A stretch of DNA of 64,000 nt, taken from positions 5,051 through 69,050 of the forward strand of contig JAQBQZ010000014.1 in NCBI GenBank assembly GCA_028286725.1, given 5' to 3'. Shown here piece by piece: positions 48,676-57,599 of this stretch; position 1 is the first letter of the stretch, and each line of letters opens with the position of its first letter. Both the position numbers and the translations under genes were made by a program. The notes beneath the pieces are model-generated. The model did not search any database, had not been told where the DNA came from, and worked only from the letters and a program-made list of their open reading frames with translations. Origin of the DNA: Candidatus Tayloriibacteriota bacterium. Lineage in GTDB: Bacteria > Patescibacteriota > Minisyncoccia > Phycocordibacterales > CAIRYW01.

Positions 48676-49547
48676 TTGATATAACAAAACAACAAAAAGA
48701 ATACGAACTCCTGGATTCAGGAGATGGAGAAAAGCTCGAAAGATTCGGAACTTTTGTTCTTCGGCGCCCTGATCCTCAGGCACTTTGGCCAAAGATGCTC
48801 ACTCCAAAAGAATGGGCAGATGCGAGTGCGAGTTTTCTTCGTGCGGGAAATGCTGGTAAATGGCAGTTCAAGGAAGGGGTACCAAAAGAATGGGAAATAA
48901 AATATGGGGGACTTAAATTAAACATTTCTCCAACACCTTTTAAACACACCGGAGTTTTTCCAGAGCAGATCGTGAATTGGGCTTGGAGTCAGGAAAAGGT
49001 TACAGCTTATAAATCAAAAAATAAAGAAAGGGAAATCACAGCTTTGAATCTCTTTGGGTATACAGGAGGGGCAACACTCGCTCTTGCAAAGGCTGGGGCT
49101 CAGGTGTGTCATGTAGATGCATCAAAGACTTCTATCACTTGGGCACGTGAGAATGCAGAAAGCTCAGGGCTTAAAGATGCTCCGATCCGATGGATACTTG
49201 ATGATGCATATGAGTTTGTTAAAAAAGAAATAAAGAGGGGAAAGAAATATGACTGTATCATCATGGATCCTCCTGCATTCGGACATGGACCAAATGGTGA
49301 GGTGTGGAAGATCGAAGAGCAGTTTATAAGATTTCTTGAAGACACCAAAAAACTTTTATCTGATGACCCGATACTTTTCTTGGTCAATGGGTATGCTTCA
49401 GGATATTCATCAATTGCATACAAACAAAATTTGACAGACTTAATCGAAAAACATGGAGGCACGATCGAAGATGGGGAGCTTGCAATAGAAGAAAAAGATG
49501 GAGGTCGACTTCTGCCATCTGGAATATTTGCAAGGTGGAGTAAGTAA
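48672..49547 (+). CDS. Class I SAM-dependent methyltransferase, RlmI/RlmK-like
   Basis: NLFGYTGGATLALAKAG (motif I) and IIMDPPAFGHG (DPPxF motif IV). Confidence 0.6.
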   Translation: MIDITKQQKEYELLDSGDGEKLERFGTFVLRRPDPQALWPKMLTPKEWADASASFLRAGNAGKWQFKEGVPKEWEIKYGGLKLNISPTPFKHTGVFPEQIVNWAWSQEKVTAYKSKNKEREITALNLFGYTGGATLALAKAGAQVCHVDASKTSITWARENAESSGLKDAPIRWILDDAYEFVKKEIKRGKKYDCIIMDPPAFGHGPNGEVWKIEEQFIRFLEDTKKLLSDDPILFLVNGYASGYSSIAYKQNLTDLIEKHGGTIEDGELAIEEKDGGRLLPSGIFARWSK

Positions 49548-49560
49548 GATTTATACAAAC

Positions 49561-49597
49561 AAATGAAACGCATCCTACGGATGCGTTTCATTTGTTT
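49561..49597. terminator. Palindromic terminator
   Basis: aaATGAAACGCATCCtacGGATGCGTTTCATttgtttt. Confidence 0.5.
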
Positions 49598-49627
49598 TGA
49601 AGGCTATTTTTTGGTATTATTATCTTT

Positions 49628-49912
49628 ATGGAAGACAATGAACTCCGAAAGATGGTAGAAGAAACGATGGAATTATCTAAGGATAATAATCGAATTCTTC
49701 ACTCTATTCAAAGAAGGGAAAGAATGACTCAGGTGTTTAGAGTTGTTTATTGGCTTATTCTCCTTGGAGCTGGTGCCGGACTCTATTACTATATTCAGCC
49801 CTATATAGATGAGCTTGTAAAAGCTTATGGCAATATTGTTGATACTCAGCATAAAGTTGCTGATATATCGGGCAAATTTAGTCTTGATAGTATAAAAAAT
49901 TACTTTAAATAA
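49628..49912 (+). CDS. Hypothetical small membrane protein
   Basis: 94 aa with one hydrophobic helix (VVYWLILLGAGAGLYYYI). Confidence 0.3.
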   Translation: MEDNELRKMVEETMELSKDNNRILHSIQRRERMTQVFRVVYWLILLGAGAGLYYYIQPYIDELVKAYGNIVDTQHKVADISGKFSLDSIKNYFK

Positions 49913-50014
49913 CTCCGTTCTTACTTCGATCCAGATTTCGGTCACGGGTTGTTAAGTCTGCTTATGTGATAATGAGAGCCAGAATTTCTCCTCCGACCTT
50001 TTCCTCGTCGTCTC

Positions 50015-50090
50015 TCGGAAAGGTCTAGGCGCCAGCTCGCTTGTTTCTGAAGCTTCAGAAACATAGCGGCGCTGTTCGAATCTGGACGCA
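50015..50090 (+). other. Degenerate inverted tRNA-Phe-like fragment (pseudo-tRNA remnant) containing a perfect 18-bp palindrome
   Basis: Shares ctgaag and the 12-mer gttcgaatctgg with tRNA-Phe in the opposite orientation. Does not fold into a cloverleaf. Palindrome tttctgaagcttcagaaa. Confidence 0.3.
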
Positions 50091-50114
50091 ATCAAAATTA
50101 TTTGATTGCTCTCT

Positions 50115-50169
50115 CGGCACAAAATACAAAAAACCACACAGAATCTGTGTGGTTTTTTGTATTTTGTGC
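50115..50169. terminator. Perfect 26-bp-arm palindrome directly downstream of tRNA-Phe
   Basis: ggcacaaaatacaaaaaaccacacag-aat-ctgtgtggttttttgtattttgtgcc. The inner ccacacag/ctgtgtgg stem plus tttttt acts as a terminator on either strand. The symmetry extends into the tRNA 3' end (gctctctcggca versus tgccgagagcc). Confidence 0.5.
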
Positions 50170-50239
50170 CGAGAGCCAGATTCGAACTGGCGACCCCTTC
50201 CTCTTCAGGGAAATGCTCTACCAACTGAGCTATCTCGGC
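50167..50239 (-). tRNA. tRNA-Phe (anticodon GAA)
   Basis: Minus-strand cloverleaf GCCGAGATAGCTCAGTTGGTAGAGCATTTCCCTGAAGAGGAAGGGGTCGCCAGTTCGAATCTGGCTCTCGGCA. All four stems pair and the T-loop is TTCGAAT. Confidence 0.85.
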
Positions 50240-50317
50240 ATGGCCTGTTTTATAAGGTTACAGAGCCATATTACACGATTTAAGGCATATTATCAACAGA
50301 GGGCGGTTTCCATTTTC

Positions 50318-50348
50318 CAACCAAAACAAAACCGCCCTTTCGGGCGGG
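50318..50348. terminator. Hairpin plus T-run downstream of the minus-strand gene 50356..50793
   Basis: aaaccgccc-tttc-gggcgggttt; on the minus strand it is followed by ttttgttttgg. Confidence 0.45.
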
Positions 50349-50355
50349 TTTCAAT

Positions 50356-50793
50356 CTATTGTTTAAATATCTTTCTTGCTGCCACTACTCCAGCTCCCAA
50401 GAAGAGCATGAGAAGTGATTGGCTAATATCGTTGATCTTTGCCTTGTCTCTTGATTCTTTAACTCCATCAAGACAGTTTTGTTTTTGAATGTCGAGATTC
50501 TTCTGCGCCTCTGCCTTTTCTGCTTCTGTTTGAACTACCGGTCTGCCACTTGCATCATATGTTGGATAAACGATACTGTTGTTTGCTATACAGTCACCTT
50601 CACGTCCATAATATGGTGTTGGTGCGTACACTGGCTGTTGGAAGAAAGGAAGTGCAGGGTAGACGCCTTCTTGTGGATATTTATCAAATGCCAATACATT
50701 AATACTTGTTCGCGCAACACCATAAATCCCTGCGAGGATCAGTATAACTCCGATAAATGTTAACCACTGATTCTGCTTTTTATTTTGATCCAT
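50356..50793 (-). CDS. Hypothetical membrane protein (N- and C-terminal TM helices)
   Basis: 145-aa ORF. Confidence 0.4.
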   Translation of the reverse strand: MDQNKKQNQWLTFIGVILILAGIYGVARTSINVLAFDKYPQEGVYPALPFFQQPVYAPTPYYGREGDCIANNSIVYPTYDASGRPVVQTEAEKAEAQKNLDIQKQNCLDGVKESRDKAKINDISQSLLMLFLGAGVVAARKIFKQ

Positions 50794-50812
50794 ATTTATA
50801 AATTATTATTAA

Positions 50813-51274
50813 TTATATTGATTTAACTCGTATCTTCGCCTGTCTACCTTTATCTATCTTTGGAAGCTTGAGTGTTAACATTCCTTTGTCTTCAAATGCG
50901 TCAGCTTTTTCAATGTCTACTTCTTGAGGAAGAAGGATAGTTCGTGCGAATCCTCCCCAGTATAGCTCTTTGTGGAAGTAATCTCCGTCATCAATATTGC
51001 TTTCTGATACTCGGCTGCCCTTGATTGATACTATGTCTCGAGAAAGTGAGATATCAAGATCTTCTTTTTTGACTCCAGCAATGATCGCCTTAATGATGAT
51101 GTTAGTTGCAGTTTCGTAGACATCAACAGAGAGCTCGCCCTCAACATCATCGTCATCTTTCCAGCTAGGTTTTGAGCTCACAACTTCTTCGTCGGAATCA
51201 AAAAGTTCCATCTCTTTGTCTTCTGGAGAAAGTGCGCCTTTCAGTCGTTTGAAAAATCCTTTTTCTTTACTCAT
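50813..51274 (-). CDS. Hsp20 / alpha-crystallin family small heat-shock protein
   Basis: Alpha-crystallin domain (…VDVYETATNIIIKAIIAGVKKEDLDISL…GMLTLKLPK). Confidence 0.8.
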   Translation of the reverse strand: MSKEKGFFKRLKGALSPEDKEMELFDSDEEVVSSKPSWKDDDDVEGELSVDVYETATNIIIKAIIAGVKKEDLDISLSRDIVSIKGSRVSESNIDDGDYFHKELYWGGFARTILLPQEVDIEKADAFEDKGMLTLKLPKIDKGRQAKIRVKSI

Positions 51275-51278
51275 TTGA

Positions 51279-51962
51279 TTATATTTTTATCTTTTTAATG
51301 TTCTTAATTTTCTCGAGTATGAATATTACTCCAATAAGTCCGATCCACAATGCACAAAACACCCAGATCGTATGCTGTTCGCCTAATATTATAAAACTAT
51401 TGAATGCAGTATGCAATATTGTTGCGAATATGATTCCTCCAAATACCGCGAGTTGTTGAAGTGTTTTTGATTTATAAAAAACAAATCCCATTGCGATACC
51501 GATAGTTCCTGATGCAATTATATGAAGAAGAGTAGCGCCGACAAATCTGAAGGAAAGAGTCATGATACCTTTCTCAATCTCGCCATTTGCAAGCGGTTCA
51601 AAAAGAAACAGAATATTTTCTGCAGCAGCAAATCCGAGTGCGCTTGTGATCATGTAGATTGTTGGATCAATTGCTTCATCTACAAATCTTGTTTTGAGGG
51701 CAACGATATTGGCCGCGAGGAATTTGAGGAGTTCTTCGATAAATGCCCAAATGAAAAAGGAGAAGGTTGTGTATTCGAGGATATAAATACTGACACTCTT
51801 TTCGAGAAATCCTGCTACAAGGACCGAAAGCATACCTAAGGCAAAGGTACCCACAATAAGTCGGCGAGGCTCTCTGTGTTTGGCTTCACGAAGCCAGAAT
51901 TGAAGCCAGAGGACAGCTGGGATTATACCACCGATGAAACTGAGTAGAACTGCGTATTTCAT
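51279..51962 (-). CDS. PrsW-family intramembrane protease
   Basis: Polytopic; conserved EELLK, FAAAENILF and HTAFN motifs of the PrsW family. Confidence 0.55.
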   Translation of the reverse strand: MKYAVLLSFIGGIIPAVLWLQFWLREAKHREPRRLIVGTFALGMLSVLVAGFLEKSVSIYILEYTTFSFFIWAFIEELLKFLAANIVALKTRFVDEAIDPTIYMITSALGFAAAENILFLFEPLANGEIEKGIMTLSFRFVGATLLHIIASGTIGIAMGFVFYKSKTLQQLAVFGGIIFATILHTAFNSFIILGEQHTIWVFCALWIGLIGVIFILEKIKNIKKIKI

Positions 51963-52011
51963 AAAGATAGTATAGCAAAAAAAGCATTAAGTATCAGGTA
52001 TAAGTTAAAGC

Positions 52012-52046
52012 AAAATGCACGGCACCCCTCGGGTGCCGTGCATTTC
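52012..52046. terminator. GC-rich palindromic terminator downstream of valS
   Basis: aaaATGCACGGCACCCctcGGGTGCCGTGCATtt. Confidence 0.55.
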
Positions 52047-52057
52047 TGTGTGATATT

Positions 52058-54220
52058 TTATACCTTTGGATTTCCAGGCCATTTTTCTACCATGAGCATT
52101 GAATCGTCGGTATGAATTGTCTGCCAAATCTCTTCGGTTACAAACGGCATAAAAGGATGGAGAACTTTGAGCATGTTCTCAAGTGTGTGAAGAAGAAATT
52201 GGATTCGCGATGTCTTTTCTTCCTCTGTCCCGTCTTTAAATATTGTTTTACTTTCTTCAAGTATCACATCTGCGAGATTACTCCAGATATAGTGATAGAT
52301 CTTTTCTGCAACGATGTGGATCTTGTATTCCTCGAGCTCCGCTGTAATTGTTTTTATGAATTCCTGCTGTGCTTTGATAAGTTCAAGATCTTTAGGTGTT
52401 GGTGCACAGAATTTGTAATCGATCTCAGTCTTCAGCTCGTCTTTAGAAGTCAAAATAAATCGAGTAATGTTCCAGAGCTTGTTTCCAAAGTTTCTGTAAC
52501 CCTTGATCTTGTCATCTGAAAGAGAAAGATCGGTTCCTGGAGTATTACCCACCACAAGTCCAATACGGACTGCATCTGCACTATATTTTTCAATAAGTTC
52601 AACAGGACTTATAACATTGCCTTTTGATTTAGACATTTTCTGACCTTTGGCATCATTCACCATTCCATGAAGATACACTTTTTCAAACGGCACTTGGTTT
52701 TTGAGATAGAGTGAAAAGATAACCATTCGTGGGATCCATTTGAATATCAAATCTCGCCCTGTTTCCATCACCTGTGTTGGATGATATACATCGAGATCTT
52801 TGGTTTCTGGATATCCGAGTGCTAAAAGCGGCCACTGACCAGAAGAGAACCATGTGTCGAATGTGTCAGTATCAGTAACAAGGCTTGTCTTACAATCTGG
52901 ACACTCTGTTACATTGTCAGTATCGAGAAATCCTTTGTTACATTTGTCACAAACTTTAGCAGGTATAGGAATACCCCAAACGATCTGGCGAGAGATGTTC
53001 CAGTCGATAGTATTCTCCATCCAGTAAGTAAAGATCTTCTCAAAGTTCTCAGGCATAAAAGAGATCTGTTTTTTTTCGATTGCGGTGAGTGCGAGCTTGC
53101 CGAGTGGCGCCATTTTGACGAACCACTGATCTTTTACTTGAGGCTCGATCTGAGTCTCACATTTGTAGCAGCATTTTAAGTTGTGAACATAATTCTCATC
53201 AACTTTATCTAGGAGACCTTTTGATTTTAGTTTTTCGACAATGAGCGGTCGAGCTTTACTGATATGGAGTCCGGCGAATTCACCTGCGATAGGGAGGAGC
53301 TTTCCTTTCCAGTCGATCACTTGCTCCATGTCGAGGTTGTGTCGTTTTGCGATCTCGAAGTCTACTGCATCGTGCCATGGAGTGATGGTCATTACACCAG
53401 TACCGAATTCCATATCAACAGATTCATCTTTGATGACAGTTGCAGTGATTGGTCCATTGATCCATTCAAGATCAATTTTTTGTCCATGTTTGTATTCGCT
53501 GTATCGAACATCTTTTGGATGCATTACCACATATTTGTCTCCAAATTTTGTCTCTGGTCGAGAAGTGGCGATCGTGAATGGTCCATATTTGAAGTAATAA
53601 AAAGGCTCTTTCTTTTCTTTAAATTCTGTTTCAACTTCTGAAAGGGAAGTCTGGTGCTTTGCGCACCAGTTTACAATTCGCTTACCGCGGTAGATGAGAT
53701 CATCTTTGAACATCTTTCGAAATGTCTCTTGAACGGTCTTTACAACATCTGCATCAAGCGTAAATTTTTCTCGCGACCAATCACAAGATGCACCAATTCG
53801 GCGAACATCGTCTTCCATGAACTTTTTGTTTTCGATCGTGAAATCAAAAATTTCTTTGTAGAGATCCTCGCTCTTCATTTCAAATCTAGAGCGGCCTTCT
53901 TTCTCAAGTTTCTTTTCGTATACGATCTGTGTTTCAAATCCTGCATGGTCAGCACCTGGAACCCAAAGTGTTCTTTTGCCCTGCATACGAGCAAAACGGA
54001 TGAATATATCCTGAAGAGTGATAGTGAGTCCGTGACCTGCGTGAAGGCGACCGTTGGCGTTTGGTGGAGGCATGATGATTGTATAGGGTTTTGCATCTTT
54101 GTCAGTCGCGCCCTTTTCGATACATATATCAGGATTGAAAAAGCCACTCTCTTCCCAGAGTTTATAGATCCGACCCTCTGTCTCAGCAGGGTTATATGGC
54201 TTTAAGAATTTGTCGTTCAT
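52058..54220 (-). CDS. valS: Valine--tRNA ligase (short form, no C-terminal coiled-coil)
   Basis: PPPNANGRLHAGHGL (HIGH region with the ValRS-type PPPN prefix) and KMSKSKGN. Start set to MNDKFLKPY…; track ORF extends to 54298. Confidence 0.75.
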   Translation of the reverse strand: MNDKFLKPYNPAETEGRIYKLWEESGFFNPDICIEKGATDKDAKPYTIIMPPPNANGRLHAGHGLTITLQDIFIRFARMQGKRTLWVPGADHAGFETQIVYEKKLEKEGRSRFEMKSEDLYKEIFDFTIENKKFMEDDVRRIGASCDWSREKFTLDADVVKTVQETFRKMFKDDLIYRGKRIVNWCAKHQTSLSEVETEFKEKKEPFYYFKYGPFTIATSRPETKFGDKYVVMHPKDVRYSEYKHGQKIDLEWINGPITATVIKDESVDMEFGTGVMTITPWHDAVDFEIAKRHNLDMEQVIDWKGKLLPIAGEFAGLHISKARPLIVEKLKSKGLLDKVDENYVHNLKCCYKCETQIEPQVKDQWFVKMAPLGKLALTAIEKKQISFMPENFEKIFTYWMENTIDWNISRQIVWGIPIPAKVCDKCNKGFLDTDNVTECPDCKTSLVTDTDTFDTWFSSGQWPLLALGYPETKDLDVYHPTQVMETGRDLIFKWIPRMVIFSLYLKNQVPFEKVYLHGMVNDAKGQKMSKSKGNVISPVELIEKYSADAVRIGLVVGNTPGTDLSLSDDKIKGYRNFGNKLWNITRFILTSKDELKTEIDYKFCAPTPKDLELIKAQQEFIKTITAELEEYKIHIVAEKIYHYIWSNLADVILEESKTIFKDGTEEEKTSRIQFLLHTLENMLKVLHPFMPFVTEEIWQTIHTDDSMLMVEKWPGNPKV

Positions 54221-54600
54221 ACGAGAAATACTAGCATTTTTATTGATTTTTTTCAAAAAAATGGATATAAAGAGTATATGAACATTTGTCCGTACCATCC
54301 AGTTAAAACGTTAAAAATGTCAGAATTGGAGCTGGGCGATATATTTTGTTTTACGGCAGCTTCCGCAAAATACTATTGTGAGCAGCACAAGGGTGTGGCT
54401 GTCGAAAGATTTAATTTTCGCTTTTACAGGCTTAGATGTTTTGTTCTTTACAACTTCCAAACCCTTGATAGGGATATTGAAAGAATCGCCTATGTTGGCG
54501 AGGGAATGGAACGTGATTATGAGGTGTTGTTACTATTACGAGGTGACTCTTAGCTTTTGGCGGGGTCACTTTTTTATTTATGATATAATTTCTTTTACTT

Positions 54601-55464
54601 ATGAAAGTGCTCAAAAAGATTTTAAAGATTTTGGGATACATTATTCTCTCAGCGGTTCTCATTATTGCTCTTGCACTCTTTATCGTATCTTTTAAAAAAC
54701 CTTCAAATGACAAGGTGTGGGATAGTGCGGTCAAAGTTCTACCCGAGATCTCTTTTGATAAAAACAAAGTAACCATAAAGAATCTCCGAGATTTTTCTTA
54801 TTCTGCTAAAGATAAAATAAATAAAGAAGAATACTATAAGGATGTATTTGATACCGAAAAAATCAAAGACGTGTATTTTCTCGTAAATCCATTCGATGGT
54901 CATCCATCTTTTGCTCACACTTTCTTTTCTTTTGTTTTCAGTGATGGCAAGACTGTCTCGGTATCAATTGAAGCTCGAAAGGAGGTGGGTGAGTCATACT
55001 CATCAATAAAGGGAATTCTCAATGACTACGAACTCTCGATTCTGTGGGGAAGTGAAAAAGATTTTCTTTCTCGAAGGGCTGTCTATTTCGATGAAGATCT
55101 CTATCGCTACAAACTTCAAGTGGGCAGTACTACGGCGAAGTCTCTTTTTATGGATATGCTGGACCAAACAATAAAAACAGAGTCACAACCAAGGTTTTAT
55201 AATACGATCACTGACAACTGCACCAATCTTCTTGCTGATAGTGCAAACAGGGTAAATCCAGGAAGTGTGCCATGGACATGGGCTCGAATATTTACTGGAC
55301 GGTCTCCGGAAGTTCTTTATGATTTGAAGCTTATTGAGAATGATCCAAAAGGATTTGAATATGTAGAACAACAATCAGATATAAGTCCTTTGATTAGAAA
55401 GATAATAAGTGGAAATCCAGGGCTAACAAAATTTGGGTTTTCAAATATTCCGGGCATACATTAA
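54601..55464 (+). CDS. DUF4105 domain protein (Lnb-like N-terminal domain), membrane anchored
   Basis: N-terminal TM, then …YNTITDNCTNLLAD… characteristic of DUF4105. Confidence 0.5.
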   Translation: MKVLKKILKILGYIILSAVLIIALALFIVSFKKPSNDKVWDSAVKVLPEISFDKNKVTIKNLRDFSYSAKDKINKEEYYKDVFDTEKIKDVYFLVNPFDGHPSFAHTFFSFVFSDGKTVSVSIEARKEVGESYSSIKGILNDYELSILWGSEKDFLSRRAVYFDEDLYRYKLQVGSTTAKSLFMDMLDQTIKTESQPRFYNTITDNCTNLLADSANRVNPGSVPWTWARIFTGRSPEVLYDLKLIENDPKGFEYVEQQSDISPLIRKIISGNPGLTKFGFSNIPGIH

Positions 55465-55465
55465 A

Positions 55466-55497
55466 AAACAAGCAGCCAATAAAGCTGCTTGTTTTTT
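55466..55497. terminator. Bidirectional hairpin terminator between convergent genes
   Basis: aaaaaaCAAGCAGCcaataaaGCTGCTTGtttttt. Confidence 0.5.
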
Positions 55498-55512
55498 ATA
55501 GAAGAGAATTTT

Positions 55513-56154
55513 CTATTTCTTTGTCATGATAACGACTCCGTCTTTATCTTTCGAGAACTCATAGTAAGTTACTCCATTTTTGTCTTCGCTTTTAAGGATC
55601 AGATTTCCTGAACTTTTCTCTACGCTAAGTTCAACGGATGTTTGAGGATCATTATCATCTTCTGCATCCACAACTACATCAATAATTTTACCTTCCTTTT
55701 CCAGAGATAAATTTGCTGAAAGCTTAAGGATCTTTCGACCATCTTGAGGAGTGTAACTGAACCAGTGTATACCAAGCTCTTTTGCTCGTTCTTTAGCGCC
55801 TTCACCTATTGTAAGCTCCTTTTTTGGTTCTATGATTTCGACTTTTGAGTCGTATTGAATCTTCTTGTTATCGAGTATTGCCTTTACTCCATTCTTGAAA
55901 TCAGGTTCTGTAAAGTCTTTTTTTTCTGAGTGCAAACTTCCAACATGTTCATCTTTATAATAAATTCCGATTTTCTCACCCATGCCACGACTAAATATTC
56001 CTTGAGGCTCACCAATTTTTAGGTCGCTATTACCAAATTCTTTCAACCAAGCTGCAGCATTTTGGTGTCTTTGTTCAAATGTGAGTACTTGTTCAGGGGC
56101 TTTCGGTGGGTGTTGAGTTTCCACAATAGCACCTTCTGATTTCTGTGCTGGCAT
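55513..56154 (-). CDS. Hypothetical exported protein, annotated from ATG 56154, with an out-of-frame Tat-like signal upstream
   Basis: 213-aa ORF. Immediately upstream in the same frame is KIRRLFNSALAVAAFAGA with no start codon, and a 38-aa ORF in another frame. Confidence 0.4.
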   Translation of the reverse strand: MPAQKSEGAIVETQHPPKAPEQVLTFEQRHQNAAAWLKEFGNSDLKIGEPQGIFSRGMGEKIGIYYKDEHVGSLHSEKKDFTEPDFKNGVKAILDNKKIQYDSKVEIIEPKKELTIGEGAKERAKELGIHWFSYTPQDGRKILKLSANLSLEKEGKIIDVVVDAEDDNDPQTSVELSVEKSSGNLILKSEDKNGVTYYEFSKDKDGVVIMTKK

Positions 56155-56401
56155 GGCACCAGCAAATGCTGCAACTGCGAGTGCAGAATTGAAAAGACGT
56201 CTTATTTTCCGCTTCCGCTTTTCCGTTCAGTAACTGGATCAGGTGCCACATCTAATGCCGGTGCTTCTTCATGAGTAATATGAGACTGATCTTCGGGCTG
56301 TGGATTATATGATTCCATAAATGATTAGCTATTAGCTATTAGATAATGGATAAATTATAGCACCTTATCTAAAGAGGAAACAAATGGTGTATACAGGTAA
56401 A

Positions 56402-57574
56402 TTAAAATTTTAGATGTCCCTCAGCTTTAATATTCCTTTGATTTATAATCTTTTTCTTTTTGTACACATTTAGATATCCTGCGATAGCAATCATGATTGC
56501 ATTGTCTGTTGAGAGTGCTTTGTCAGGGATATGAAGATTAATGTTTAGTTCATTCACCATTGCCTGAAGATTGTTTCTTAAATGTTTGTTTGCACTTACA
56601 CCACCCCCAACAATAAGAGTTTTGACTTTGAAATGTTCTATAGCTTTCTTGGTTTTGTGAATGAGCACATCAACAGCTGCATCTTCAAATTCTTTGGCGA
56701 TCTCTGTTTTGATTTGTTCTGTAATTTGAGGAATATCTCGAACCGTATAAAGTACTGCGGTTTTGAGACCGGAGAATGAGAAGTCAAAATCCTTTGTATA
56801 CATCATTGGACGAGGTAGTTTTATATCTGAAGTTTGATTTTCTTTATTTCGAATTGTTTCGGCAAGAGTTGAGATCTGTGGTCCGCCAGGGTACGGGAGT
56901 CCCAATATCCGTGCTGCCTTGTCGAATGCTTCGCCAACCGCATCATCTTTTGTTTGCCCAATGACTTTGTATTTACCCCAGTCTTTGACGAGTACCAATT
57001 CTGTGTGACCTCCGCTTACAAGAAGTGAGAGTGCAGGGAACTGTTTTTTATTGGAAATATTAAATTCCGATTTGGAAATTTGCTTTTTGTTCATGAGTAC
57101 TGAAGCAATGTGTCCCTCCATGTGATTCACACCGATCATTGGAATATCCCAAAGTTCGCTTAAAGCTTTTGCAAAACTTATTCCTACCCATAAAGCAGGT
57201 TCAAGTCCCGGACCTTTTGTAACAGCGATCAGGTCTATTTTTGGAGCTTTAATATTGAGAATATGATTTGTGATATGTTCAAGGAGTTCCGGCTCGCGGA
57301 TAAGAATTGTTTTGAGTTTATTTATTTTTTTATCATCAATTTTTGACTTTAAATATGTGAGATTTTTTGAATCTTTGAGAACTTTAATGAGAAGTGGTAT
57401 TGAATTCTTTTGGTGCTCTCTTCGAGCGAGGTTAGGGAAGACACCTCCATATTGTTCATGTAGTTTTGCTTGTGATGCCAGTGCGTCTCCTAATACTTCT
57501 ATTTTATTTTTTGAAATAGAAAGAAGGGAAATGGCTGTTTCGTCGCAAGAGGTTTCTATAGATAATATCTTCAT
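56402..57574 (-). CDS. tsaD: tRNA N6-adenosine threonylcarbamoyltransferase
   Basis: MKILSIETSCDETAISLL… Kae1/TsaD fold with metal-binding His motifs. 390 aa with insertions. Confidence 0.85.
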   Translation of the reverse strand: MKILSIETSCDETAISLLSISKNKIEVLGDALASQAKLHEQYGGVFPNLARREHQKNSIPLLIKVLKDSKNLTYLKSKIDDKKINKLKTILIREPELLEHITNHILNIKAPKIDLIAVTKGPGLEPALWVGISFAKALSELWDIPMIGVNHMEGHIASVLMNKKQISKSEFNISNKKQFPALSLLVSGGHTELVLVKDWGKYKVIGQTKDDAVGEAFDKAARILGLPYPGGPQISTLAETIRNKENQTSDIKLPRPMMYTKDFDFSFSGLKTAVLYTVRDIPQITEQIKTEIAKEFEDAAVDVLIHKTKKAIEHFKVKTLIVGGGVSANKHLRNNLQAMVNELNINLHIPDKALSTDNAIMIAIAGYLNVYKKKKIINQRNIKAEGHLKF

Positions 57575-57599
57575 ATGATAGGTGAGTTATTAGAAAAGC

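Noticed and set aside
49952-50488. Track ORFs 49952..50224 (-), 50041..50283 (+) and 50102..50488 (+)
   Set aside because: They overlap tRNA-Phe, the perfect palindromes and the pseudo-tRNA fragment. Their translations are low-complexity read-throughs of RNA and repeat sequence.
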